DNA of 64,000 nucleotides from Octopus bimaculoides (GCF_001194135.2 NC_068985.1:1044151-1108150); one strand, 5' to 3'; counted from the first letter of the stretch, positions 12,634 to 24,424 are shown. The notes: generated by a model not told the origin, from the letters alone. Numbers and translations are program-made.

Positions 12634-13237
12634 TTTTATTCTTTTATTATTTTATTTGCTTCAGTTATTTGACTGTGGCCATGCTGGAGCACCACCTTTA
12701 ATTGAGCAAATCAACCCCAGGACTTATTCGTTGTAAGCCTAGTATTTATGCTATCAGTCTCTTTTGCCAAACCGCTAAGTTACGGGGATGTAAACACACC
12801 AGCATCAGTTGTCACGTGATGTTGGGGGGACAAACACAAAAACACAAACATATACATGCATATACATATACACACACATACATATACATATACATGCATA
12901 TATATATGTATGATCATCCCAAGGCTAGAATAGAAGACACTTACCCAAGGTGCCACACAGTGGGACCGAACCTGGAACCATGTGGTTGGTAAGCAAGCTA
13001 CTTACCAAACAGCCACAAAATTCTGTAGGGTATTAGAATACGACATGATATAAATAGAGCCATCACTCTAAAACCACAAATTATTTGCTATTAAAATATA
13101 CACAGTGAATGCAACAAACATAACAGAAATAGACTTACCTTGTATCTACTGCAGAAGTAAGGAATGCGTATATTCTGGGATCAATTGATTTCACCTTCTG
13201 TTTGATAAACATACTCAAAGCTCGTCAGCCAGACTGA
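4679..13237 (+). CDS. Speculative small spliced ORF (ATG 4679-4683; 7957-7991; 10030-10101; 13155-13237), 64 aa, unknown product
   Basis: Canonical GT-AG sites (GAG|GTAAGA, CAG|GTAAAT, GGG|GTGAGC, actgcag|) and compatible phases give MREIILCEFETATDGFRFSRIHEMMQSSEDVWVAVCWEVRNAYILGSIDFTFCLINILKARQPD*. No homology recognised; the chain was selected by eye. Confidence 0.22.
4925..5270. repeat. (TCTG)n/(TCTA)n/(TG)n microsatellite
   Basis: Direct inspection. Confidence 0.97.
5270..5490 (-). mobile_element. SINE family B, 3' half
   Basis: Matches the 3' portion of the fuller copies at 12630-13016 and 20776-21190. Confidence 0.75.
6618..6700. repeat. 83 bp imperfect hairpin (MITE-like)
   Basis: agttatggccagtctatagggttac...gtaaccgcatagacttgccataact; the arms are reverse complements with a few mismatches. 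Confidence 0.75.
6860..7195 (-). mobile_element. tRNA-derived SINE, family B
   Basis: On the minus strand: tRNA-like head (ggctgtgggtaaaaagcttg...ggttcagttccacag), accttgggtagg core, 3' gatgctccagcatggccacagt. Confidence 0.85.
7570..7899 (-). mobile_element. tRNA-derived SINE, family C
   Basis: Head ggcttagaggttaggggattcggctcacgag, gagttcaattcctgg, body gtgtccttgagcaagacactttatttcacattgctccagtccactc. Copies at 14495, 24425, 33240 and 62855. Confidence 0.85.
10480..10713 (-). mobile_element. RTE LINE 3'UTR/tail running into an assembly gap
   Basis: catcatcgtttaacgtccgctttccatgctagcatgggttggacg...ggatgcccttcctaacgccaaccactc; low apparent divergence with CpGs retained. Confidence 0.9.
11959..12470 (-). 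mobile_element. Internally deleted hAT transposon (SPIN/OposCharlie1/GTF2IRD2-type)
   Basis: Terminus cagggctgtcaaac at 12470, next to gtttagag (Charlie-type NTCTAGAN-like site). Transposase N-terminus SLSKK-RKGDTECTLFQEKWSLSYLFVEVNGK-PVRLV is joined directly to the C-terminus HILKLAATQDLMPDIDALVKEKRCQVSGTY* (12167-11959). Confidence 0.82.
12630..13016 (-). mobile_element. SINE family B, full length, with internal (CA/TA) microsatellite
   Basis: Head gtggctgtttggtaagtagcttgcttaccaaccacatggttccaggttcggtcccac; 3' ggtggtgctccagcatggccacagtc...gaagcaaataaaat. Confidence 0.92.
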
Positions 13238-13929
13238 ACACAAAGCATCTATTTCTGAAATATTCATCATATTACACTGTGTGTGTTCTTTGATTTGAAT
13301 GCCTCCATGACATTCAAAATTGAACATAACGTGAGCCAGTATAATATAAAATTAAATAGATACCATTACCTATCATCATCCTCATCCTCACCGTTGTTGC
13401 TTTCCATTCTGACATGGGCTGGACAGTTTTGCCTCGGTCAGTCACACTTTGGGGCAGCTTTTGATCAAGACAGGTCAGAGAACTACATCTTGCTTCTGTG
13501 TTTCCTTTTCAGATGGTTTCTAAAAGCAACTCCTTTCCAGGGTATACTGAATGCAGCATTAGAGAAATGATTGATCCTTCATGAGACTACAAACTCCTTG
13601 AAACAGATTCATTTTTCAAAGTACTGCTCCTAAAGGGGTTGATATGCCCTTCGTAGGACTAAAAGGACCTTTGGCCCATAGTTTCCTCTGTCCATCTGGA
13701 AACTTTTCAGACTGGTAGTACAAATGAGGCATAAAAGAATGAATGAAAGTAATAATGGGGGAAGGGGTTATGAGAAGTGGCATGGGGGTGAGTGATAAGG
13801 GTCCTGAGTATTCTGGGTCAGTTGCAAACCCCTAATATGTTCTTTCCCCAATATGCTCTTTCCCCAATAAGTTCTTTACGTCAGTGAATGGCACAAATGA
13901 TAAAGAAGAGAGTGACAGAGATACAGATT

Positions 13930-14370
13930 CTTTCATTTTCTTTTACTTGTTTCAGTCTATGACCATTCTGGAGCATCAGTCTGAAGAATTTTAGTGGAAT
14001 GAAGCAAGCCCAGTGCTTTCATTTTTTAAAGCTTAGTTCTTATTCTATTGGTCTCTTTTGACAAACCACTAAGTTACAGGGATGTTAACAGACCAGTACC
14101 AGTTGTCTAGTGGTGGTGGGGGACAAACATAGATAGAAGCACACACTCACACACTCTCATACACACACAGGCATATAGATAAATACTCACACACACACAT
14201 ACAAAACACACAGACATGCACACACACACACACACACATGCACACACACACGTGCATATACACACACACATATATTTACACAACAGGCTTCTTTCAGTTT
14301 CCTTCAACCATATCCATCCACAAGGCTTTGGTTGTCTTGAGACTATGGTAGAAGACACTTGCCCAAGGTG
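13930..14370 (-). mobile_element. SINE family B (5'-truncated)
   Basis: Same core and internal microsatellite as 12630-13016. Confidence 0.85.
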
Positions 14371-14494
14371 GGTCTGTTTAAGTAATCATTGCTGGTGAAG
14401 GTTTTACACAGATGGAGTGCAAATCCTAGCTCAAAATCTTTCACTCGTCTTTTTGACACACTGAATACACATTGGATCTAGTCTTTGACATGCC

Positions 14495-14630
14495 AGTCCC
14501 CACATGGCACGAAAGCAATGTGAAGTGTTTTGCTCAAGAACACAACTTGCTACCCAATCCAGGAATAGAACCCATAGTCAGGTGATCATGAGTGCAGCAC
14601 CCTAACCATGAGGTCATGTGCCTTCACAAT
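14495..14630 (-). mobile_element. SINE family C, 5' part
   Basis: ggttagggtgctgcactcatgatc...ttcttgagcaaaacacttcacattgc on the minus strand. Confidence 0.75.
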
Positions 14631-15493
14631 GAATCATAGAGTATAATTATTGATGTGTGAATGTTGTTCCATTAAGTACAATGTGTAGGGGTAGGTGGGT
14701 GCCCAAGCCATTTCCTTTACTTGATACTCACTCTTCCGACCATTCTTTCAAAAGAGCCCAAGTAAGTTAGATTGGGCTTTCTAGATAAATGGTTTGGAAG
14801 AATTATTGGGTATGAATCTATCAGCAATTACTAACTTGGTGTTTATTGGTGCATTTCCTGAATAGTCATGTTGTTGTTGTTTGGCTCAGGCCTCTGAGAA
14901 GACCATTTCTCTTCTTCTTTACATTTCAAATCTTCCCTTCTAAAAGCAGATATAAATTGATGGAGATTTGGTTGTTATTTCTAACAGATCAAAGTACCAC
15001 TTAAGGTCTTATCTGCTGTCCCTTCTTTACGATGTGTTTTATTTACACAATAGTTAGTCATTTAACGATGGAAGTGATAACTAGTTTTTCCACAGAGGAA
15101 ATTAGAAACTAGTATCTCTTGTTTAAAGCTACAATCACAATGCACTAATTTTCAATGAGACACACCTGGAAACATCGATCTCATATTGTGAATGAAGGAA
15201 GTATAACATTGGGATTTTTGTTTAGGCCCATGTATGGATTTATCCTCAACACGACAACAGAATGAATAAGCAGAAAGTGTACAATTCTCTCAATACTTAC
15301 GATATTTTCAGTAACGAACCTTGGGGTCCATTTGAGGTTATTGGTTAAGTATAGAAGGAATTTCTGCGCAGCTTATGTCTCTTACAATCTTTTCATGCAG
15401 TAACTGGTCAATACAAGGCTGTAGTAGGAAATATTTCATCTCTAACAATGCTCAGCAATTCAACGCGAAATCAGTGTTATAAGTTTATGCCTA

Positions 15494-15532
15494 TCATCAT
15501 CATCATCATCATCGTCATCATCCTCATCTTCG

Positions 15533-15576
<44 letters not shown>

Positions 15577-16800
15577 TTCGTCATCGTCATCATCACCATC
15601 ATCATTTTCATTTAACGTCTGTTGTCCATGCTGGCATGGGTTGGACGGTTTGACCAGGGCTGGTAAGCTGAGGGACTGCACCAGACTCCAGTCTGATTTG
15701 GCGTGGTTTCTATGGCTGGATGCCCTTCCTAACATGCCAACCACTCCGAGAGTGTAATCGGTGCTTTTATATGCCAGTTGTGTGACACCAGTATTTGCCA
15801 TCACTACAATTTCACTTGGCTTGATGGGTCTTCTTCTCAAGCACACCTTATTGCCAAAGGTCTCAGTTGTTTGTCATTGCTTTCATGAGGCCAAATGTTC
15901 AAAAGGTGCTTTTAATGTGCCACCCATGACTTCCTGAGTCTCCCTCTTCCACAGCTTCCTTCCACTGGTAGAGATCAGCACTTCTTCAGACAGCTGTCCT
16001 CCGCATCCATATGCATGACATGACCATACCAACACAGTTGTCTCTCTTGCACAACACATCTGATGCCTCCTATATCCAAGTTTTCTCTCAAGATGTTTAC
16101 ACTCTGTCATACATGCACACTGACATTGCACAGACAGTAAAGCATATTAGCTTCATTTCTTTCAAGCCTACACATGTCCTCAGCAGTCATAGCCCATGCT
16201 TCACTGCTGTGAATCTGCCTTTCACTCTGAGGGAAAGGCCTATTGTTACCATCAAAGGTAGAAGCTCTCTGAACTTTGTCCAACCTATTCTTATTCTAGC
16301 AACTATACTCGTGGAGCATCCGGCCTCACTACTGACTTGGTCACCTAGATAATGGAAGCTATCAACTACTTCTAGTCTTCCCCCCCTGACATCTGATGGA
16401 GTCTGTTTTCTGTACATCTTTAGTGTTAATTGCACCTGTGCATCTTTCACACACAAAAGCTATTTTTCCTGTTAACCTTTCTCTGATATTGCTGCACCTC
16501 TTATGTATCCAAAGCTTAACCAGGTACGTCTTATGGAATTTCTACCTATGCCTTTCCGGCAGATTGAGCAGAGCCATCTACCTGAAGGGATTTGTAATTT
16601 GTCTGCACTCCTACTCACTAGTATTGGTTTTTACTAGGTTAACTTTAAGGCCCTTCGATACTAGACCTTGCTTCCATACCTGAAACTTCTGTAGGTCTGG
16701 TAGTGATTCAGCTATAAGAGCAAGCTCATCAGCATAGACGAGCTCCCAGGGGCAACCTGTCTTAAATTGCTCTGTTATAACCTGGAAGAGTATGATGAAA
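15494..16800 (-). mobile_element. 5'-truncated RTE-clade LINE: RT domain to 3'UTR plus (GAT)n tail
   Basis: FKTGCPWELVYADELALIAES (YADD-type motif, 16725-16736), LEVVDSFHYLGDQVSS..CSTSIVARIRIGWTKFRELLPL, C-terminal VLEKKTHQAK*, then 3'UTR and GAT array. Contains stops and frameshifts. Confidence 0.95.
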
Positions 16801-17701
16801 CAAATGTGAAAAATTTATCTCAAAGTTGTTTAGCCCTAACTTCTGACCCACGGTCAGAAGTGTTCCTGCTGTGATCATGGTTTTTTTTTTTACTTCATTT
16901 TGTGTTCCCTGGATGGTATTACTCACTGTGTCCTTCCTTGTTCAAGACAGTTGTGTGTGATTTCAAGAGAGATTTGGATGTTAATTCTAACAGTTCCAAA
17001 AGAGACTTAGATGTTTTCATAGCCATATTAATTTAGCCACACAAGATATATCAGTTGCTGACATCACAAATTGGTCTATTGCAATAAAGAACACTAAAAT
17101 TTGTTTGAGAGTTTTGATAATTTAATATTTATTATGAATAAAAGAATAAATGTTGACATTACTGTGAATGACAAACACCAAGATAGTTCGAAGCTTATTA
17201 TTCTTGGACTAAGTACAGAAGTAGTCTCTGTGATGATGTTAGCCGATCATTGTGTGTCGCTGTTGCCATCCATTCACCCATCGATTTTGTGCTGTTACAG
17301 TGCTCTAGCCACCTGCTGGTTGTGCTACTGTCTGCTGACTGATGTTTTCTGTGTCTAATCTGCTGTCTACCATCCACCATCTATCAGTAGTGACCAAAAT
17401 GTGCTGAATATGTAATGGTCAGTTTACTCAGAAAATGTATGCCAAACATGAAATTGCAGTTAGATCTGGTTCCAACTGAAGTCTTCAATGGTCAGATATT
17501 TTGGTGATGTATTGGTAATATTTAAGTGAATCATGATTGTATTCTTGGATTTTTTTTTTTTTTGCATCAGCTAAAATCCAAGTTCAATTGCTAAATATTC
17601 CTGCTACAGGTCTATTAATCAGCCAGCAACATGCAAAGAAACATAACAATCACTTGATATACTAAAGAGAAACAATTACATAGAAAGGTGGTGGAAAATA
17701 C

Positions 17702-17822
17702 CTTCAGAATGCTTCACTCTGTGAACATTATAAGTGGTAATACTTAAATCTGTGTCAGGAATTATAACAGATTTTAAAACAAATGATATCAAATAATTAG
17801 ATTTTTCAGTTTGTAAGTATTT
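17702..17822 (-). other. Candidate internal exon (121 nt)
   Basis: Acceptor tttgctttctctcaacag|, donor GAAG|GTATTT, open frame KYLQTEKSNYLISFVLKSVIIPDTDLSITTYNVHRVKHSE. No homology recognised. Confidence 0.3.
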
Positions 17823-17854
17823 CTGTTGAGAGAAAGCAAACTGTACAAAATGTG

Positions 17855-18009
17855 AACGTCCACTTTCCATGCTGGCATGGGTTGGACGATTTGACTGAGG
17901 ACTGGTGAACCAGATGGCTAATCAGATTGGAGCCTGGTGTAGCCATCTGGTTCACCAGTCCTCAGTCAAATCATCCAACCCATGCTAGCATGGAAAGCGG
18001 ACATTAAAC

Positions 18010-18061
<52 letters not shown>
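17855..18061 (+). mobile_element. RTE 3'-tail fold-back (66 bp inverted duplication) with (GAT)n tail
   Basis: 17855-17920 is the reverse complement of 17940-18005 with 4 transitions and a 19 nt spacer. Confidence 0.92.
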
Positions 18062-19261
18062 CATGCAATGAACTTGCTATGTTTCCGTCTGATCAGGAGC
18101 AGAGTTCAAATTAGAACCGGGTTGGTTGTTGCTTCATTCCAGCAATATGGATGCTATGCAATCTGTTTGATGTACAACCTACTTTTTAAAACCCAGAGAT
18201 ATAATTGGTTATTGCAGGGGAGATGCAGAAATGTACTGAACAATATGTAACAGTAATATTAACATCAGATGTATAAAAAAAAATAAATAAATAACTGACA
18301 TCTTAGATCAGCCAATATGACATGCTTCAGTGATGATAGCCGAACCACACTGAAATCAATAAAACAACATACTCTGACTTCACAGCAAATATCTAAAGCA
18401 TTCAAATGCATTCACTAATAAATTTAGCTACAGTAATACAATTCACTGCAATGACTTCAATAGCATGAACACTATTAGTCCTTATAGCAGTACAAGGTGA
18501 AAGTGTTAACATTACAACTAATAGATATTTAAAAGTTTGATAATGGAATAAAAACAAAAATAAAAATTTCACAGCAATTATTCCTTCTCGCTGGGCAGGA
18601 GGTCAATTCTAGTAGAGGAGATTCTGTGCTAGGTTGCATAAAATCTCTTGTATTATTTGTACTTCATTTATCAACTGCAGATTATATGTTGAATTGAATT
18701 TAGCTGTATATGAACTCAGCATAGTGAAGTACAGAATAGCTAGTGTCTATGACAAAGTCATCAATACTAACAGCAGTTAATGGAGTCAACTAAAACATGT
18801 TCATTAATTAGAATTGCACTCATGGTGAGGAGAAAGAATCATTAGCTTAATGATCAATGCTGGACAATAAAAGCAAATGAGACAACACCAAACTAAAAAT
18901 TGAATGCAATGTAATGTGCATGAGTGTGGAGATCAAAATCTTTGCAGTATGGTGACAACTTTGGACATGTTTCAGCCATATTAAACCTCCTCAGTGCAAT
19001 ATATTCATTTTAAAGGTATTTTTCTACAGGTAGTATTTGCTCCTTTATATTTTACTTACATTGGTACCAACATAATTGTTTACTTTAAAATCAACAAATT
19101 TTCATAACAGGATATTTTAAAAGAGTGTTGAGTTGTTTTTAAACATGTAGCCTCATTAATTAGTCATGTCCATCACATCGATTTAGGAGTATGTAAGAAT
19201 ACATTGTTTAAGGAGTGTTTCTAGTGAGGAAGATAGGATTTGTAGGAGATTTGGCTACTAT

Positions 19262-19420
19262 AGGCACAGACGTAGCTGATTGGCCAAAAAATTGCTTTCC
19301 AACCACATGGTTCCAGTTTCATGCCTACTGCATGGCACCTTGGGTGAGTGTCTTCTATTTTAGCTTTGGGCTGACCAAAATCGTGTGATTGGATCTGGTA
19401 GATAGAAACTGAAAGTTAAA
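19262..19420 (+). mobile_element. SINE family B, 5' half
   Basis: gcacagacgtagctgattgg...ccaaccacatggttccagtttc...caccttgggtgagtgtcttc...ggtagatagaaactgaaag. Confidence 0.8.
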
Positions 19421-19532
19421 TATATATACCAGAGTAAGCACATAAATGCGAAACAAGGTGGAAAAAATAGTACTCAAATACCAGAGGTAGAGTAATATGC
19501 TTCATTAAAAAGCAGCAAAAATATCATAAAGA

Positions 19533-19580
19533 CTGCTACTCAGAGTTTCACGTTAGTTTCATGTTTCCGTTCATCGGACA
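19533..19580 (-). ncRNA. Degenerate minimal type I hammerhead ribozyme motif (Penelope-type)
   Basis: Minus strand UGU-CCGAUGA-ACG GAAA CAU-GAAAC-UAACGU-GAAACUCUGAGUA-GCAG; carries a core C/U change and an internal duplication. Confidence 0.55.
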
Positions 19581-19595
19581 TTCATCTAAACAAAA

Positions 19596-19633
19596 CTGTC
19601 TGATGAACGGGAACATGAAACTCTGAGTAACAG
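19596..19633 (+). ncRNA. Minimal type I hammerhead ribozyme motif (Penelope-type)
   Basis: Stem I CUGU/ACAG; core CUGAUGA; stem II ACG-GGAA-CAU (one mismatch); GAAAC; stem III ACUC/GAGU; GUA cleavage triplet ending at 19629. Confidence 0.8.
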
Positions 19634-19811
19634 TTTTTGTGATACTTTTGCTGCTTTTTAATAAAGTATATATATATATATATATATNNNNNNNNNNNNN
19701 NNNNNNNNNNNNNNNNNNNNNNNNNNNNNNNNNNNNNNNNNNNNNNNNNNNNNNNNNNNNNNNNNNNNNNNNNNNNNNNNNNNNNNNNNNNNNNNNNNNN
19801 NNNNNNNNNNN

Positions 19812-19857
<46 letters not shown>

Positions 19858-20775
19858 ATCATCATCATCAACATTTAACGTCCATTTTTCATGCTGGCAG
19901 GGGCTGAATAGCTTTGATAGGAACTGGCAAGACCAGGGACTGCAATGGTGTTGTTTTGTTTATGCCCCCATAACTTAACAGTTCAGCAAAAGAGACTAAG
20001 AAAATAAGTAAAACATAAGTCGTGGGATTGATTCATTCATCAAAAATCCTACAGGGTAGAGTCCCAGAATAGTTGCAGTCTAATGACTGATACAAGTAAA
20101 AAAAGGGTAAAAATTGTCTCAGTTCCCTGAGAGAATTTCATTTTGCACTGAAATCCCATCAGATTCCAATTAGACTTTCAGCTTTTTCAGAGGGTTTCAA
20201 TAAAATAGATTCCACAAATGCAATGGCAAGCCAGACATTTTCATGCCACTAGCCAGAGTCCATTCCATTGATGCAAACATTCTGGCCAGACTCCCATGTC
20301 TTCCCCACCAACTCTAGACATTATCTGTAGATGTTCAAACACTATATTGGTTGAATTTGCTTCCTTGCTCTAAAGAAACAAACAAACATCACACATACTT
20401 GCATACTATAAAATTATATGAAACTATTTTAAATTGGATATAAAATAAGTTCTAAAATAATTTTGATACACAGATCAGACAACGAAACAATCACCGTTTC
20501 ATCCAGTTTCCTTTTCATGTTATATTAGAATCTGGAAACAACAGATCCTGGGCCACAGCTCAGATAATGTTTATCAATCAGATTATTGAACCAGTTTGCA
20601 CACTGCCACCTCACCCACCCACCTCACCCACCCACCTGCCTTATGGATCGAATAGCCTGAGCGTTACAGAGACTAAAGCTGAATATTCAGAAAAAGGACA
20701 TGGCATCAGAACCACAACATCGACAGGAATGTTTTGCAAAACTTTCATGAAATTTAGAGAGTGAACAATTATTGA

Positions 20776-20942
20776 GTGTAGAGGGACAGGTGTGGCTAGG
20801 TGCTAAGCAGCTTGTTTCTCAGCCAATGGTTCTGGGTTCAGTCCCACTATGTAGGACGTTGGACAAGTATTTTGTACTACAGCCCCAGGCTGACCAAAGC
20901 CAAATGAGTGGATTTGGTAGATGGAAACTGAAAGAAGTCTGT

Positions 20943-20990
<48 letters not shown>

Positions 20991-21190
20991 TGTGTTTGTG
21001 TTCGTCCCCACCACCACCACTTGACAACTGGTTTTGATGTGTTTATGTCCCTATAACTTGGCGATTTGGCAAAAGATGCCGATAGAATAAGTCCTTGGGT
21101 CAATTCATTCGACTAAGCATTCTTCAAGGCAGGCGGTGCTCCACCATGGCCAAAATCTAATCACTGAAACAAGTAAAAGATAAAGGATAG
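20776..21190 (+). mobile_element. SINE family B, full length, internal (GT)n
   Basis: tRNA-like head, ggttcagtcccact, internal GT array, 3' gcggtgctccaccatggcc...gaaacaagtaaaagataaag. Confidence 0.92.
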
Positions 21191-22654
21191 ATAATTTTCC
21201 CCTGTGGTAACATTTCCATCAGTATTACTGGATTGGAAATCCATTTGTCATGCAGAGAATAGGGAAAGGGCAAAGCCAGTTTAAGCAGCCCCAAGAATTT
21301 ATTGAATGAATAAGCTGACTTCAAATAACCAAAGTAAAAGAATCAGTGAATTGCTTTACCAGGATACAAAATCAAATGCCTCATAAAGACAGGAACACAT
21401 ATCTCACCATCTAAAATCCATTTTTGCATTAAACCAACAATTTTGTCTTTTAAGACTTTCTTGTATACTTTTAATAACAACATTTACCAATAATGAGAAT
21501 GCTGGCCAATAATCAATTCCCATTTAACGAATCGTTGAATTACGCCTCTCATATGACTTTCCACAACATACTTTTAAATTGTCTTTAACACATTTAGCTT
21601 CAGCGTAGAAATTGATTGATTCTAGACACATTTTCTTCTAATTATAATTATTTAAAGTAATGACCACACACATTTTAAGATAGTCTTGTTGTGGACATGC
21701 TAGAAGGAGGGCGAAAAAAGAAACGTAACTCATCAATTTTTGGCAAGAATATTATTGGAGTGTTTGGAACGCTATTAATAATAAGTCATAGCAGTGGATA
21801 GAGTGTTTTACAACACATATATTGTAACACGAATATGTTTTACGGTGTATGTGGACGAGTGTGTATAAGTAGGTTTGTGTGTGTGTGTATGTGTATGAGT
21901 GTGTGTGTGTATGTGTATGAGTGTGTGTGTGCACATGCACGTGTGTGTGTGCATGCATGCACGTGTGTGTATGTGCATGTGTATGTATGTGCATGTGTGT
22001 GCATGTGCATGTGTGTGCATGTGCACGTGTGTGAACATGTGTGTATGTGCTTGTGTATACATATAAACATTGTGCATTATGCTTCTTGTTTGTGTTCTAG
22101 AACAAGGAAATGCAATCTTGTTATTTTTTATCAACATGTCCAACTGAGCCCAAATTCCCCCAAGAAAGCCGTTCTACTGCTATAATCACACTATAGTCCC
22201 TTCTAGTTTACTTGATCACGGAAATATTGCCATTAGTTTTTGATCAATGATAGCTTGCCAGAATGGTGGAAGAGAAGAAATTCACAATGTGCCAATACCA
22301 TATTAAAGATAATCATTTTGATTTTAGTCAATATTAATTATGCTTTGACTCAACTAACTAGTCTTCTAAAAGTAATGAAATTAAACAGCTACTGTTGCAT
22401 GTGAATGTCCAGCTCAGAAATGTACGTTGAAGACTTTGATATCAAATAATATATATTATTATAGCAAAATAACTGAATACAGCAGTGTATATCTGTGTCT
22501 TGATTAAAGTCAACTTATCCTCTGGAATGAACTCACCAAACTAGAATGAGTTGAGAAATAAATTTTCATAAAAAATTTCGAAGGAATGTATTTTTACAAT
22601 AACAAACTAGTAACCAAAATGTTCAAATCCAAAAATTGGTATAAAGCTGATTTC

Positions 22655-22860
22655 TTCTGTCTGTCACAATAGGTAGTCTGTTGAGGTATTTAATGAAAGC
22701 CGTATTCTTACCTTTGACATCAGCAAAGATTTTGACCATGTCAAGTATAAAAACACTTTATGGTTCTATTTATCTTTCTACTTTTGGATCAAAAGATTTT
22801 TTTCCCCTTACATTATTAATTCTGATGGTTTTCCAAGGTTTAATCATCTTCCATACTTTT
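22655..22860 (+). mobile_element. Decayed non-LTR RT fragment (CR1/L2/Jockey group)
   Basis: Reads FNESRILTFDISKDFDHV, matching the RT motif (G)ESRxxxLDISKAFDRV. Confidence 0.6.
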
Positions 22861-23129
22861 TCCTTTGTGCATTAATGAATTTTTGAGCTCTTACTTCTAG
22901 TAACATCCCCCCACCCCACCACCACCCCTCAAAAAAGGCAAAGCAAATAAAACCAGGAACAATAATACAATTCATCAGAGTTGATTTTGAGGTTGACCAG
23001 AAAACGTTTTGATTCTTACTTCAAAGTTGTCTTTAGTTTTTGCTAGAAGCACATTTAAATTTTAAGACTAGGCCAATAATTACATTACAATTATATTTGA
23101 AATATTTTGTATTTTTTTTCAAACATTTT

Positions 23130-24170
23130 CTGTATTCAATGCCATTTAATCAGAACATGGAATGAATGTGAAAATCATCTAAACCATTTCTGCTATGTTT
23201 CTGGCAATTTTTTGGTGAAATATCACAATGGTTTTTATGAAACTTCACAAGATGACAATGAGGATTTTGGTTGTCATAGAGATGGCCAAAACAATCAGTT
23301 TCCACTACTTTAAATCGGTTCTACTTAAACAAAAAGACACAATCAATGACTTTTGCCATCCCCACTGTCTAAAGAGAACAGAGATCATCATGTTGACAGC
23401 TGTTTTTGCAATGATAACATAACTGGTTTTGTTTTTGTTTTCTGTAAAAGAACAAACACAAGATTGTTTATCCAAACAGGAATACAGCAGACCAGCATGG
23501 GGAAGGAAACAATTCCTATTTTCTCTCAAATGATAGACTAATTTCTGTGGTTGATCAACTGAACAGTAATGAAGGTGAAAATGTTAAATGCGTTGGACTG
23601 TTTACAGTTTCTAAATACGTACCTGAATAATATTTGTAACCAAGAAGGGTTTTTTGAATGATCTTGTTAAAAGTTTTCCAGTCTAAAGAGAAGATATTTT
23701 TTGCATTTAGACTTGAGGAAAATAAGTTACTTGAAAGAGCAAGTGAGTTGCAATCAAAAGTAAGGTTTTTATTTGGCAAATATTCTTTAAAGTAGATGAT
23801 TCACACTGAAATTCCATCAATGAATTATTTGCAAACTTGTTACACATTCATAGAACATCTGACTTCTGCCAAAGAAGCTTTAAAGCACTTGTACTGCATA
23901 ATAAGTGAGTAAAGCCATGCATTTCATTGCTCCCCCCAACCACGTAAAATGCACCTCTTATCATCAAGATTTCTTTCCAGAAAATCTTGTGGTTAAGTAA
24001 AGACCAAGAAGAATGCTTTCCCTCAAAATATTCACACACTGCGTAGACATGAAACAAGAGGTTTTTAAATTAAAGAATGATGGCTGATTATTACTGGATA
24101 TTATTTGGCATCCACCAGATCGAACATATAGGAAAAAGTATACTTGCAAGGCTTGAAAAATAAATTACAT
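23130..24170 (+). pseudogene. Decayed DNA-transposon transposase, Chapaev3-like (CMC)
   Basis: Colinear motifs CENHLNHFCYVSG, FGCHRDGQN, FAIPTV*REQR/DHHVDSCFC, YPN..HGEG, LNDLV..SKEK..AFRLEENKLL, DFCQRSFKALVLHNK. Many stops and frameshifts; the family name is from recall. Confidence 0.72.
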
Positions 24171-24424
24171 ATTGGCCATTCTTCAACTACATCTAATTAG
24201 TTAAATAGGAATCATCAAATGGATGCTGTGCTTTGGTTCAAGTAATAAATAAATTTTGTATAAAATTTAATTAATACTTCTTAAGTATTGATCAAAATTG
24301 GAGGAAATAAAACTGTCATATTTCAAAAATTAGATATACTGGGATAAAACAACACAAGACAACTGAGAATGAAAGATCACTTGGACATGTAAATGGCCCA
24401 ATTTGTTGCCAAAACAGTCTTCAA

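Noticed and set aside
20474-20764. ~96-codon open frame on the + strand
   Set aside because: No donor site, partly low complexity (cacc repeats), and within the length expected by chance.
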